Origin: a virus | IMG/VR virus record: IMGVR_UViG_3300045988_023867 | Reading direction: 5' to 3' (one strand) | DNA: 64,000 nucleotides | Shown: in pieces, positions 1-9,289 of the stretch | Layout: the number at the start of each line of letters is the position of its first letter | Numbering within the stretch: the stretch's first letter is position 1 | The notes under the pieces: model-generated | Told to the model about the DNA's origin: nothing | Seen by the model: only the letters and a program-made list of their open reading frames with translations | Database searches by the model: none | Position numbers and translations under genes: made by a program

Positions 1-174
1 AATGTAGAACTTATTTGTGATGGATTTGCAGATATAGTAAAAGAACAGATGGATTCTGTTAGACAAAAAATAAATGATAAACTTCGTTGGATTGCAGAAG
101 ATAATCATGGTTCTAAATCTTATGAAGATATGACCAAAGAAGAACTTATCGCCGAACTAAAGAAACAGAAATGA
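1..174 (+). CDS. Hypothetical protein, 3' end only (5' end lies outside the window)
   Basis: Open frame from position 1 to the TGA at 172-174, same strand as the downstream module. Not in the ORF track because it lacks a start codon. Confidence 0.3.
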   Translation, partial: NVELICDGFADIVKEQMDSVRQKINDKLRWIAEDNHGSKSYEDMTKEELIAELKKQK

Positions 175-253
175 TTTTTCTTATCCATAATAATATAGTT
201 TTGTTTTGACATTAACTTAGCGAAGTTAAGTTGTAGTATTGTGTTTATTTTAT

Positions 254-341
254 TTGTCTGTTGTTACATGGTATTGTCTGTGAAGATATTACCATTTCGT
301 GTTATAGATTTCTGATATTAATAGTCTTGTCTGTGAAGATA
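254..341 (+). promoter_or_regulatory. Direct repeats TTGTCTGTGAAGATA (274-288 and 327-341) plus partial copy TTGTCTGT (254-261) in the non-coding leader before the first early gene
   Basis: Two exact 15-mers 53 bp apart. The palindrome TTAACTT-AGCG-AAGTTAA at 213-230 lies upstream. Confidence 0.4.
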
Positions 342-503
342 GGACTATTGCTTTAAATTCACATACTGATGATGGACGAAATGAAGTCCGAAACTATAAT
401 ATATTATAGTCTATGTGTGAAACAATTTTTAAACTCGATTTTGGTTTTAATATGCCCAATAGTGCTTGTGAAAGTATTATTGGGCTTTGTTGTTTAGAAC
501 TTA

Positions 504-815
504 TTGTTAAACTTAATATATAAATTTATTATGGATAATATTGAAGAAGTAATGATGTCTTCTATTGAAGAACAATTTATCGCTGATAATGCTAAATATA
601 AAATAGGTGATTATGTTCATTCTTTTATAGAAGATAAGGTTATTGTTGGCAGAGTTGAAGATATAGTTGTTGGACATTGTAGTCAAGAAGAAGATAAGAT
701 ACTTTATCGTATAGACGATGGATTTGGTGGTAAGATTCTGATTGGTGAAATACTACTCGCTCCGGCATACAATGTAAGCGAGAATGTGCATTATTTGTCC
801 TCTATTGAATTTTAA
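504..815 (+). CDS. Hypothetical early protein
   Basis: 103-aa ORF, first gene after the upstream non-coding region. No recognisable motif. Confidence 0.4.
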   Translation: MLNLIYKFIMDNIEEVMMSSIEEQFIADNAKYKIGDYVHSFIEDKVIVGRVEDIVVGHCSQEEDKILYRIDDGFGGKILIGEILLAPAYNVSENVHYLSSIEF

Positions 816-852
816 TATTCAATATGATAAACTGTATCATTTTTGATAATCG

Positions 853-878
853 TTCAACTGTGAGCCTTAAAATAAGTC
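853..878 (+). promoter_or_regulatory. Conserved upstream motif TTCAACTGTGAGCCTTAAAATAAGTC (candidate promoter), 24 nt before the ATG at 902; a TATATAAT box follows
   Basis: Near-identical to the site at 16161-16186. The same GAGCCTTAAAAT core recurs upstream of three - strand genes. Confidence 0.5.
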
Positions 879-901
879 GAATTATATAATATTAAATAAT
901 T

Positions 902-1459
902 ATGGATGGAGTTGCTAAACGTGAACTTACAGAAGTTGAAATGATTCTTGGTAAAGGAATGTTATACGATAGTTCTGGATTAACTGAATTGGTTAATATG
1001 TATTATCTTCGTTATGGAATTATAGTAGAAGTTGTTTGGTATCCTAACTTAAAGAAATGGTTGCCTAATGTTAGAACCATAGCTTATACTCCTAAAGAAG
1101 TTGGAAATAAAAAACTTGTAAAGAATATTAGAGCTATTAGTGTTTTATATAAATCTTATTTTACAGAATATTTTAGCGATGCTTTACAAGTAGCTTTAAA
1201 TATCGCTGAATTATATGTAGTAAAAAGGTTTATCTATTGGAATGATTCATATATACTTAGTCTTATTAAATCTAATTCTGTTTATGAAGATATAATAGGT
1301 TTATTGGATAAAGTTGATAATTATGATATATATAAAGGTTTATATGATAGAGTTTTTGACGAAATCAATAAAGATTATATTACTGGTAGTATTTTATATT
1401 GTTTAACCAATCATATCAAAGAACATGGCTGGGAAAAGACCTATAATGAGATATTCTGA
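902..1459 (+). CDS. Hypothetical protein
   Basis: 185-aa ORF, preceded by the conserved GTGAGCCTTAAAAT motif at 860-873. Confidence 0.5.
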   Translation: MDGVAKRELTEVEMILGKGMLYDSSGLTELVNMYYLRYGIIVEVVWYPNLKKWLPNVRTIAYTPKEVGNKKLVKNIRAISVLYKSYFTEYFSDALQVALNIAELYVVKRFIYWNDSYILSLIKSNSVYEDIIGLLDKVDNYDIYKGLYDRVFDEINKDYITGSILYCLTNHIKEHGWEKTYNEIF

Positions 1460-1982
1460 TAATGTCAATAGTGTTCATGTATATGATGTTGTTAGAATTA
1501 AGCGAGGTTATTTTAAAGATAAACTTGCTATTTGTGTTTGGGTAGATTTTGCTAAACGAGAACTAAAACTTAAAGTTATTGATAATGGTATTGATATTAC
1601 TCTTCATAAGAATAGTGTTGATTTCTGTTATCATAATACTAAGACTGCTGCTAAACAATGGTTTGAAGTTATAGAACATAACTGTGCTAAGAATGCAAAA
1701 AATTGGTCGGATATTAAATATATCAAAGAACATTGGAATGATTTGTTAGCTAAGAATAGTTATACTGCTAGAGCTATTGCTAAAATTGCTGAAGTTCATA
1801 GAAGAAATGATAATGACTATTTAGAATGGCTTGAATATTATAGTAAACCTCTAGATATTATATTCGTTTATGATGACTTTGATTTTTGTTGTAAACTTAT
1901 AGAAGATTTATCATTATGTGAATCTAAACATTTTAGAGACGATATTATTAAAAAAATATATGATGTTATATGGAAACAGTGA
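1425..1982 (+). CDS. Hypothetical protein
   Basis: 185-aa ORF overlapping the previous gene by 35 nt. Confidence 0.5.
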   Translation: MAGKRPIMRYSDNVNSVHVYDVVRIKRGYFKDKLAICVWVDFAKRELKLKVIDNGIDITLHKNSVDFCYHNTKTAAKQWFEVIEHNCAKNAKNWSDIKYIKEHWNDLLAKNSYTARAIAKIAEVHRRNDNDYLEWLEYYSKPLDIIFVYDDFDFCCKLIEDLSLCESKHFRDDIIKKIYDVIWKQ

Positions 1983-2227
1983 TTTGGGTTATAGTTCTTC
2001 TTATTGGATTGTTGATTGTCGATGTTATTGTGCTAAAACAACGTGTAAGTAAATTACAAGAACAACTTAATGAAGCTCTAAAGAATCAAGTTAATCTTAG
2101 ACAACAGGTTCTTAATCTTGCTGATAATGTTCTTAAAAGTGCTGAACATATAAAGACTTTAACTGATAATGTTAAGAGAATTGTTGATGTGGTTCATGAA
2201 CATATTAATATTAGTGACGATAAATGA
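1970..2227 (+). CDS. Hypothetical small protein, N-terminal TM helix plus coiled coil
   Basis: The 85-aa ORF opens with a hydrophobic stretch VIWVIVLLIGLLIVDVIVL, followed by a heptad-like Q/L/N-rich segment. Confidence 0.4.
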   Translation: METVIWVIVLLIGLLIVDVIVLKQRVSKLQEQLNEALKNQVNLRQQVLNLADNVLKSAEHIKTLTDNVKRIVDVVHEHINISDDK

Positions 2228-2247
2228 GTCGGTATAGATTATATTCA

Positions 2248-2296
2248 TGTCCATCCTCTACGGGGGGCGGGAGGAACGAAGTTCCGACCTTTGGCT
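2248..2296 (+). repeat. GC-rich element, extended form: core CATCCTCTACGGGGGG, then GCGGGAGG, then hairpin GGAAC-GAA-GTTCC, then CGACC
   Basis: Intergenic, directly after the stop of ORF 1970-2227. Shares its core with at least 15 other sites. Confidence 0.85.
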
Positions 2297-2512
2297 TAAT
2301 AATTTAAATAGATATTATTATGACAGATATTATATTTTTTACTATATGTTTATTATTAATTGTAGCTATTCATATTATAGAAGAACTACATCTTATTAAA
2401 TTTATAACTCTTAATAGAGCTATTATTGCTGATTGTGTTATAGTTATTATATACTTACTGATATTTACTTTTATGATGTGAATTTATTAATTTTTTAAAT
2501 GTTATGTAAAAT

Positions 2513-2836
2513 ATGGGAAAATATGATGAAGTAACAGTAGTTAGAGAATTGTGTAAAAATCCAGCTGTAACTATCAACGATAAAGTGATTAGTGTTATTA
2601 AAGATACTAATCTTATTGGTAACAGTTTTTGGGGAAGAATTGACTTTCTTACTAAATACTGTGGTTATACACTTATACAAGTGGATTTGGACGAACAACG
2701 AGCTGCTAAGATTGCTGAACAAGAAGCAAGAAAAGCCGCTAAAGCTGCTGCTAGAGCTGAAAAACGTAAGAGTAAAGTAGATATTATCAGCTCTGTTAAA
2801 TCTAGTCTTTCTAAGAATAAATTTAATAGAAAATAA
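2513..2836 (+). CDS. Hypothetical protein with Lys/Ala-rich basic C-terminus
   Basis: 107-aa ORF. Overlapping alternative frames 2495-2722(-), 2592-2780(+) and 2665-2919(-) are judged spurious. Confidence 0.45.
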   Translation: MGKYDEVTVVRELCKNPAVTINDKVISVIKDTNLIGNSFWGRIDFLTKYCGYTLIQVDLDEQRAAKIAEQEARKAAKAAARAEKRKSKVDIISSVKSSLSKNKFNRK

Positions 2837-2842
2837 TATGTT

Positions 2843-3316
2843 ATGCCTACGTTTAAAGTGTCTTTTGGTTCAAGTGCTAAATCTAAAAGACAAAGAGTAA
2901 GTAGCAAATATGTTGTCATAGAGACTAAATGCGATGGTGAAATTATAATTGATAAACAAGGAGTATATAGAGTAAAGTATAAAGGACAAATATATCCTAT
3001 TACTACTGAATCTTATGAAACTAAACACAAAAGGGTTATATATGCTAGATGGTTAGATAAATATGGTCATAGAATTAAAATAATTCGTGATAAAGATAGT
3101 CGTAAAGCTACTAACATTAAATTCTATTGTGCTATTGCTCCTGGTTTATTAGTTCGTGGTAAGATTGTTAAAACAGCTTTTAGTCCTATTATGTTCCACG
3201 TAGTTATGTGTTATAATATAGCAGACGTTGAAGGTATGGCTTTATCTCTTCGTGATTGGAGAGAATATGAAGAAAAAGTTAAGAATGGAGAACTTGATAT
3301 TGAAAACGAACTATGA
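2843..3316 (+). CDS. Hypothetical protein
   Basis: 157-aa ORF. Its stop overlaps the helicase start in an ATGA arrangement. Confidence 0.5.
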   Translation: MPTFKVSFGSSAKSKRQRVSSKYVVIETKCDGEIIIDKQGVYRVKYKGQIYPITTESYETKHKRVIYARWLDKYGHRIKIIRDKDSRKATNIKFYCAIAPGLLVRGKIVKTAFSPIMFHVVMCYNIADVEGMALSLRDWREYEEKVKNGELDIENEL

Positions 3317-4767
3317 ATGTATATGGTGAACCTAAACAAGATAATGTTACGTTTACCAAAGACCAAGCAAATGCAGTTGATGATTTAATTGGATTTATAG
3401 CTGCTAAATGGGATGATAAGAATTATATTCATGCTCTTGTCGGAGCTGGCGGAGTTGGAAAGACTTTTGTTATTAAGTATGTTATACAGAATTGTAAATT
3501 CAGTTCTAGTGTAATTGTCTGTGCTGCTCCAACACATAAAGCTTGTAGAGTTCTTAGTAAAGCTATTAACGGAAAAGCGGTTGAAACTATTCAATCTACT
3601 TTTGGTTTCAGACTTGATGTAGATATTGAAAACTTTGACCCTGAGAATCCAGCTTTTAATCCTATTGGTAAAGTAAAACTATTAGAGAAAGAAGTTAGAC
3701 TTCTTATTATAGATGAAGCTTCTATGCTCAATTCTAAACTAGTGAATTACATTAACAATTTCTGTCGCAAACGACAAATAAAAGTTATCTACGTTGGTGA
3801 TGGAGCACAATTACCGCCTGTTAATGAGAAAACTAGTAGAGCATTTACTATTGCTACTAAGACTAATGTATTAAAAGAAGTTGTGAGACAAGGAGATAAT
3901 AATCCTATCACATATCTTCTTGAACTACTTCGGTCTGATATTGCTAATAAACGTTATGATATGCTTTCTTATATAAGTAATCCTAAACATAAAAGTGCTT
4001 ATAATGAATTTGGATGTGGATATACTGTTTGTAGTCCTTCTGAATTTGATTATCATATAGAACAAGCATTTACTGATGAAGAATATTCTAGGAATGTAAA
4101 TAAGTATAAAGTTATTGCATATACTAATGCTAAAGTTACAACTTGGAATAATTATATTCGTAAAGCTATTGTTAAAGGAGCTGAGAAAAGTATTATTACT
4201 AGAAATGACTTAATAATGTCATATTCTACTATTGTTGATGATTTTAATGATACTATTATACAGAATAGTGATGAATATATTATATATGATATAGCTGATT
4301 TTCAAGACCCTATTCATGATTTCAAATGTTTTATGGTTAAATTTCAAGCTATTAATGGAGGTAAGATTACACAACCTCTATGTATTATTGACCATAATGA
4401 TAAATTCACTATTCAATCTTATTTTAATAAACTTAATAATCTAATTAATGATGCTAAATCTGCTACAAGTGTTACTAGAGCTGGTAAATGGAAAGAGTAT
4501 TTCAAATTTAAACGGAAATATCTATTAGCTAATAATATACTTAATCCTTATGGTAAAGTACTTTTTAGTAGAGATATTGATTACGGATTTGCTATAACTT
4601 CTCATAGAGCTCAAGGTTCGACTTATAATACAGTTTTCGTAGATGTTAATGATATGGTATATGATAAGTATGGACATCCTTATACTAATCAAGATGAACT
4701 TCTACGTAGATTGTATGTTGCTTGCAGTAGACCATCAACAGAATTATTCTTGTGCTATGGAAGATAA
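3313..4767 (+). CDS. SF1 DNA helicase, Dda/RecD-like
   Basis: Walker A is GAGGVGKT and Walker B is LLIIDEASML. Motif III is YVGDGAQLPPV, and the C-terminal helicase motif is ITSHRAQGSTYNTVFVD. Confidence 0.75.
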   Translation: MNVYGEPKQDNVTFTKDQANAVDDLIGFIAAKWDDKNYIHALVGAGGVGKTFVIKYVIQNCKFSSSVIVCAAPTHKACRVLSKAINGKAVETIQSTFGFRLDVDIENFDPENPAFNPIGKVKLLEKEVRLLIIDEASMLNSKLVNYINNFCRKRQIKVIYVGDGAQLPPVNEKTSRAFTIATKTNVLKEVVRQGDNNPITYLLELLRSDIANKRYDMLSYISNPKHKSAYNEFGCGYTVCSPSEFDYHIEQAFTDEEYSRNVNKYKVIAYTNAKVTTWNNYIRKAIVKGAEKSIITRNDLIMSYSTIVDDFNDTIIQNSDEYIIYDIADFQDPIHDFKCFMVKFQAINGGKITQPLCIIDHNDKFTIQSYFNKLNNLINDAKSATSVTRAGKWKEYFKFKRKYLLANNILNPYGKVLFSRDIDYGFAITSHRAQGSTYNTVFVDVNDMVYDKYGHPYTNQDELLRRLYVACSRPSTELFLCYGR

Positions 4768-5065
4768 AGATAATAAAGCTCGTAAATTCGCTATTAAATA
4801 TAAAGGTAAATCTTGCGAATTTATAAGACCAAATGATAATAGAGAAAAAGGACGTGTTGTAGGATATAATACGAGAAATGGTCTTATTATTGTTAGAGTT
4901 CATAAAAATTTTGGATGGCGTAGAATAGATGAGCCGGAAGATATTTTTGTTTATACAAGATTTAATCTAGATAAATATTTGTTCTATTATGTACATCCTG
5001 ATAACATTATTATAAATGAACAAAACGTGCGAAAATTGTCCAGCAAGACTTCTAAACGAAAATGA
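4757..5065 (+). CDS. Hypothetical protein
   Basis: Internal ATG of track ORF 4643-5065, lying just past the helicase stop. 103 aa. Confidence 0.3.
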   Translation: MEDKDNKARKFAIKYKGKSCEFIRPNDNREKGRVVGYNTRNGLIIVRVHKNFGWRRIDEPEDIFVYTRFNLDKYLFYYVHPDNIIINEQNVRKLSSKTSKRK

Positions 5066-5510
5066 AGTTATATCTAATAATATAGGTAATGTTTATTCTA
5101 AAGTTTTATACGTGTTTCCACGTTATGATGAAGAAGCAATCAAGGACTTAAAAGAAATATATAGTCTTGCTACTGGAAGAAACTTTGAAGAAGAATGTTA
5201 TCTTACCTATGCTGTTAGATGTAATACTAGTTCTAAATATAATTGTTGGGATGATGCGGTTGTAAAGTGCAGTCATTTATTCTTTAAAGATTGGATTAAA
5301 ACATCTTATGAACATACAATAGTGTTTGGAGATGCTTATAAACTTTTCTTTAGAGATAAACCTGATTTTACTCATCATAGAGTTAATATCTGTGGTATTA
5401 ATCGTACTATACATTTATATGGCTCTCTTGGAATAAAGCATTATAATGCTGATAAATATAAAGTATTAAAAGACTTACTTGTCAAAGAACTTAGTGCTTA
5501 TAATATATGA
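5016..5510 (+). CDS. Hypothetical Cys-rich protein, possibly a degenerate family-4 UDG-like fold
   Basis: N-terminal CENCP motif with further conserved Cys and His. Sits immediately upstream of the DNA polymerase. Any UDG resemblance is weak. Confidence 0.4.
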   Translation: MNKTCENCPARLLNENEVISNNIGNVYSKVLYVFPRYDEEAIKDLKEIYSLATGRNFEEECYLTYAVRCNTSSKYNCWDDAVVKCSHLFFKDWIKTSYEHTIVFGDAYKLFFRDKPDFTHHRVNICGINRTIHLYGSLGIKHYNADKYKVLKDLLVKELSAYNI

Positions 5511-5522
5511 AATATATAAGAA

Positions 5523-7880
5523 GTGATTGATTGTAGAGCTGCGGACGTTGAAGTACTTCCAAATTTTTATTCTATTACTTTTATTAGTCTTAATGATTAT
5601 CTGAAAGTATTTGCAGATTGTGTTAATGATAAAGGTAAACCTATACCATTAGTTCAAAAACTGACTGTTGCTGAAATTAAACGTAGACTTGATACTGTTA
5701 AGTGTGATGCGTTTTATATTACAGATAAAGACGATAGTCAATTATTGAGTTTAGTTGGTTATCTTAATGCGATGCGTAATAAAGGAATTAATGTTTATAC
5801 TTATAATGGACTTAGCTATGATAATCTTATGATAGCTGGGTTTCTTATGAATGTTAATTACTATGATAATACTAAGGACTTAATAAAGTATCTATATAAT
5901 CTTAGTAAAAAGATTATTTCTCTACAAGAAGATAAGGAACAACTATATAATGATTTTCAGATTAATACTGTTAAACGTTTTAAACTTCCTTATATTGGTA
6001 TTGATGTTATGCGAATATTCGCTCTTAATAAAGCTGGTGTTAGAATTGATAAAGATACAGGAGAACGAAAAGCTACTCCTAAAGGTCTTAAACAAACTTC
6101 TATAAATCTTCAATGGTTTGAATTACTAGAATATGAACTTCCTCCTATTTGTGACAAAGATGTAGAACTTTATTATGATAATCTATTATATAAAGGACTA
6201 CCTCCTGACAAAGTTAATAAACTTGTTGACAAGTGGGATAGATATATATTAGATGAATATATTCCACCTATGATGCATTATAATAAAAATGATGTATTTA
6301 TTGTATGTGAAATTGTTCGTCTTAATCCGGAAGAAATTAGGTCTAGATATTCTGTTAGTAGTGTATATAAAGTTGACCTTCTTAACAGTAGTCGTAGTAA
6401 TATGGCTGATAAACTGTTTGAGAAATTCTATTCAGAACGAAGCGGTCTACCACCTGAAAAATGGAAAGGTAAAAAGACTGAAAGAACTGCTATGAAACTT
6501 AGTCGTGTTATATTTGATAATATCGAATTTAAAACACCTCAACTTAAAAGTTTTCTTGATAGAATTAAAAAGAAAGTTCTTTATAGAGTTAATAAAGAAG
6601 AATTTAATGAGATTCTAACTATTGGAGATACTACTTATAGTATGGGAACTGGTGGGCTTCATAGTCAAGATATTCCTATGGAAATATGGAGTACTAGTGA
6701 TTATGGATGTAATGGTGTTATACCTTGTCCATCTCCTACGGGGGAACTTCAAAAAGCAGAACCGTTTACTTTAGTACATTGGGACATTAATTCAATGTAT
6801 CCGTCAATCATGAGTTCTTATTGGATATATCCAGAACATATGATTAAATCGGTATTTGTAGGATTGATAACGTGGATGAAAGATACACGAGTTACTGTTA
6901 AACATAGTTTAGAAGAAATTATAGATGGAGTTCCTAGAGAAGTTCTAGCGTTAGTGCTAAAGATTGTGATAAATTCTATATATGGTAAGCTTGGATTCGA
7001 AAAAGGAGATTTGTATGACAGATTAGCTGTATTGAAAGTAACGATAAATGGACAATTATTAATCTTAATGTTGATAGAGGAATTAGTACAGAACCATATC
7101 AAAGTTGTTAGTGCTAATACTGATGGTCTTATGGTTAAGATTAAAGATAGTCAATGGGACGTGTTTAACGAAATTGCAAGTAGATGGGAACAAAGGTCTA
7201 AGTTGAAGGCGGATGCCGACATCGTACATTGCTTGATAGCTAGGGACGTAAATTGCTATATAGCCCAATTCCGCACTAAGAAAGGTTTAAAGCTTGAATA
7301 TAAAGGAGCTTTAAATCCTCTTATGTATGCTGTTGACTTACAAAAAGGTTATGATATGCCTATTGTTGCACAAGCAGTTAGTAACTATTTTCTTGAACAT
7401 AAACCTGTAATGGAAACATTACGTAATGCTACTAATATTCTTGACTTTTGTAAAACTCAAAACGTTGGACGACAATTTCATGTAGAACAAACGTTTGTTA
7501 ATAATCAGCAAGTTCAAAGAGTTGTATGTCAAAGATATGTTAGATTTTATGTATCTAATACAGGTTGTATAGTTGAGAAAGTTCATAACGATACTGCATC
7601 TCGTTCTCGTATGGCTGCTGGTTCAGTTGTTACTGTTATTAATACTCTTGATGATATGGATATTTCATTGCGGAACATAAATTATAAGTATTATTACGAA
7701 GAAGCGATGAAGATTATTAATCCTATTAAACTAGGAATTAGTCCTAAAGGTAAAGGACGTACTCGTATTAAGAAAGCCTATGGGCAATTTAATAGTCTTT
7801 TTGATGATTCCGCATTTGAAGATGTCGAAGAAGATAATATTGAATTAGATGATTATGAAGACACTGGATTTGATGTATGA
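5523..7880 (+). CDS. Family B DNA polymerase with 3'-5' proofreading exonuclease
   Basis: Exo I is DVEVL, Exo II is YNGLSYDNL, Exo III is YNKND. Pol motif A is DINSMYPSI, motif B is KIVINSIYGKLGF, and the motif C region is SANTDGL. GTG start. Carries an in-frame GC-rich element at 6723-6750. Confidence 0.85.
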   Translation: MIDCRAADVEVLPNFYSITFISLNDYLKVFADCVNDKGKPIPLVQKLTVAEIKRRLDTVKCDAFYITDKDDSQLLSLVGYLNAMRNKGINVYTYNGLSYDNLMIAGFLMNVNYYDNTKDLIKYLYNLSKKIISLQEDKEQLYNDFQINTVKRFKLPYIGIDVMRIFALNKAGVRIDKDTGERKATPKGLKQTSINLQWFELLEYELPPICDKDVELYYDNLLYKGLPPDKVNKLVDKWDRYILDEYIPPMMHYNKNDVFIVCEIVRLNPEEIRSRYSVSSVYKVDLLNSSRSNMADKLFEKFYSERSGLPPEKWKGKKTERTAMKLSRVIFDNIEFKTPQLKSFLDRIKKKVLYRVNKEEFNEILTIGDTTYSMGTGGLHSQDIPMEIWSTSDYGCNGVIPCPSPTGELQKAEPFTLVHWDINSMYPSIMSSYWIYPEHMIKSVFVGLITWMKDTRVTVKHSLEEIIDGVPREVLALVLKIVINSIYGKLGFEKGDLYDRLAVLKVTINGQLLILMLIEELVQNHIKVVSANTDGLMVKIKDSQWDVFNEIASRWEQRSKLKADADIVHCLIARDVNCYIAQFRTKKGLKLEYKGALNPLMYAVDLQKGYDMPIVAQAVSNYFLEHKPVMETLRNATNILDFCKTQNVGRQFHVEQTFVNNQQVQRVVCQRYVRFYVSNTGCIVEKVHNDTASRSRMAAGSVVTVINTLDDMDISLRNINYKYYYEEAMKIINPIKLGISPKGKGRTRIKKAYGQFNSLFDDSAFEDVEEDNIELDDYEDTGFDV
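6723..6750 (+). repeat. GC-rich element copy, forward orientation, inside the DNA polymerase gene
   Basis: TTGTCCATCTCCTACGGGGGAACTTC, translated in frame as CPSPTGELQ just upstream of Pol motif A. Confidence 0.85.
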
Positions 7881-9240
7881 TAAATTAGCTGATAAATGGG
7901 GTATTGATAACCGTGGCAATGGAACTGTGCATTGCATTAAACCTATGGAATATACCAAACTTATTATGGTTATTCTTAAACGAATGCAAGCTAAGAATCC
8001 TGACTTAAAAGTATTTATAGCTGTTGATAGTTATTATACAAGAAAGAATATTGTTGATACTCTTAAAGAAAATAATATAAATCAAGACCATATTACTATA
8101 TTAAGTGAAACTTATATTAATGCTAAGTATAGATATACATATAATCTTGCTATTTTTGTTGGTCTTGAACGTTATAGTCTGTATGTTAATTGTGTAGGAA
8201 CTACTTCTGATTTTCATCTGTTTATTATAACTAAAGATGTTATTAAGACTGATGATTTAGCAGAAATATACAAACATTATCCTGCTGTAAATACAGAACT
8301 TAGTGCCAATGATTTAAATGCTGTTAATTTAAGTTCCCCCGTAGAGGAGAGAAGAGTAGGTTGTATATTGCCTACTGCTGATAAAGAACTGTATGATAAA
8401 TATACTGATTTTATAACTCAGTGTATGAATATATTTGGAGATTTTGATAATATCACTAAAGCTAGAATTGGAGATACCAAAGCTGGTATTAGTGGTACAG
8501 AATTTCGTAATCAATTAGCTTTAGATAATGGTTGGTCTCCTGAATTGGATATGACCATAGGATTTAATAGACAAGTTGATGAATGTTATAATCCTAATAT
8601 TCTATTAGATAAAGCTACTACTTGTTATGAGATTATGCGCAATAGAAGTAATCTCCTTACTGATAGTGATGCGAAACTGCCTATGATATTAAGTCTTGTT
8701 CTTGGAAATCCTGATAAACAAATAATGATTATATCTAAAAGAGGAGACTATGCTGCTAAAGTAACTAAATATTTAGAAGAATATGGAGTTGCTGTTGGAG
8801 ATTATCATGATTGTATTGAACCGAAACTTCTATTAGACGAAAACGGTATTCCGGTGACTTATAGCAAGAAAAGCCAAAAATGTGGGCAGCCTAGATACAT
8901 CAAATCTAAGGCTATTTCCAGCCTCAATGAGCGATTATTTCAAGAAGGACGATTAAAAGTATTATCCGTCAAAAATAGTTCGTCAGACGAGCTTAGAATC
9001 AATGTTGATATGTGGATAATTACAAGTCCTCTATGCGATGAAGTTACAGCTCTTAAATACCGTTTTAATAAGGTTATGTTTAACTCTACACCACATATTA
9101 TATATAAGGTATTCATGCAGGGAACTGTTGAAGAAACGAAGCTAATGCAGCTTAAACCGAATCATTATACTGATGTGATAACTACACTAAGTCAAGATAC
9201 AAATTTTGATGAAAATAATTGTGGAATTGTTTGCGGATAA
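7873..9240 (+). CDS. Hypothetical protein, with possible degenerate helicase C-terminal-like segment
   Basis: ORF starting at the ATG overlapping the polymerase stop (ATGTATGA). Contains the GC-rich element at 8332-8357, read as SSPVEERR. Confidence 0.5.
   Translation: MYDKLADKWGIDNRGNGTVHCIKPMEYTKLIMVILKRMQAKNPDLKVFIAVDSYYTRKNIVDTLKENNINQDHITILSETYINAKYRYTYNLAIFVGLERYSLYVNCVGTTSDFHLFIITKDVIKTDDLAEIYKHYPAVNTELSANDLNAVNLSSPVEERRVGCILPTADKELYDKYTDFITQCMNIFGDFDNITKARIGDTKAGISGTEFRNQLALDNGWSPELDMTIGFNRQVDECYNPNILLDKATTCYEIMRNRSNLLTDSDAKLPMILSLVLGNPDKQIMIISKRGDYAAKVTKYLEEYGVAVGDYHDCIEPKLLLDENGIPVTYSKKSQKCGQPRYIKSKAISSLNERLFQEGRLKVLSVKNSSSDELRINVDMWIITSPLCDEVTALKYRFNKVMFNSTPHIIYKVFMQGTVEETKLMQLKPNHYTDVITTLSQDTNFDENNCGIVCG
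8332..8357 (-). repeat. GC-rich element copy, reverse orientation
   Basis: GTTCCCCCGTAGAGGAGAGAAGAG, read in the host ORF as SSPVEERR. Confidence 0.8.
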
Positions 9241-9289
9241 TAAAAAGAGATTTATATTTGTGGTGTGAAAACAAACGGTCTTTGAATTA

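Noticed and set aside
2495-2919. Overlapping alternative ORFs 2495-2722(-), 2592-2780(+) and 2665-2919(-).
   Set aside because: They are mutually exclusive with 2513-2836(+), which matches the strand polarity of the whole module. The - strand versions are hydrophobic low-complexity translations.
4643-4756. 5' extension of ORF 4643-5065 overlapping the helicase C-terminus.
   Set aside because: Hydrophobic low-complexity translation out of frame with a well-supported helicase. The internal ATG at 4757 is preferred.
6723-6750. Intein or self-splicing intron in the DNA polymerase at the GC-rich insert.
   Set aside because: Insert is only about 30 nt, or about 10 aa. No intein blocks or intron structure are present. 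It is a copy of the dispersed element.
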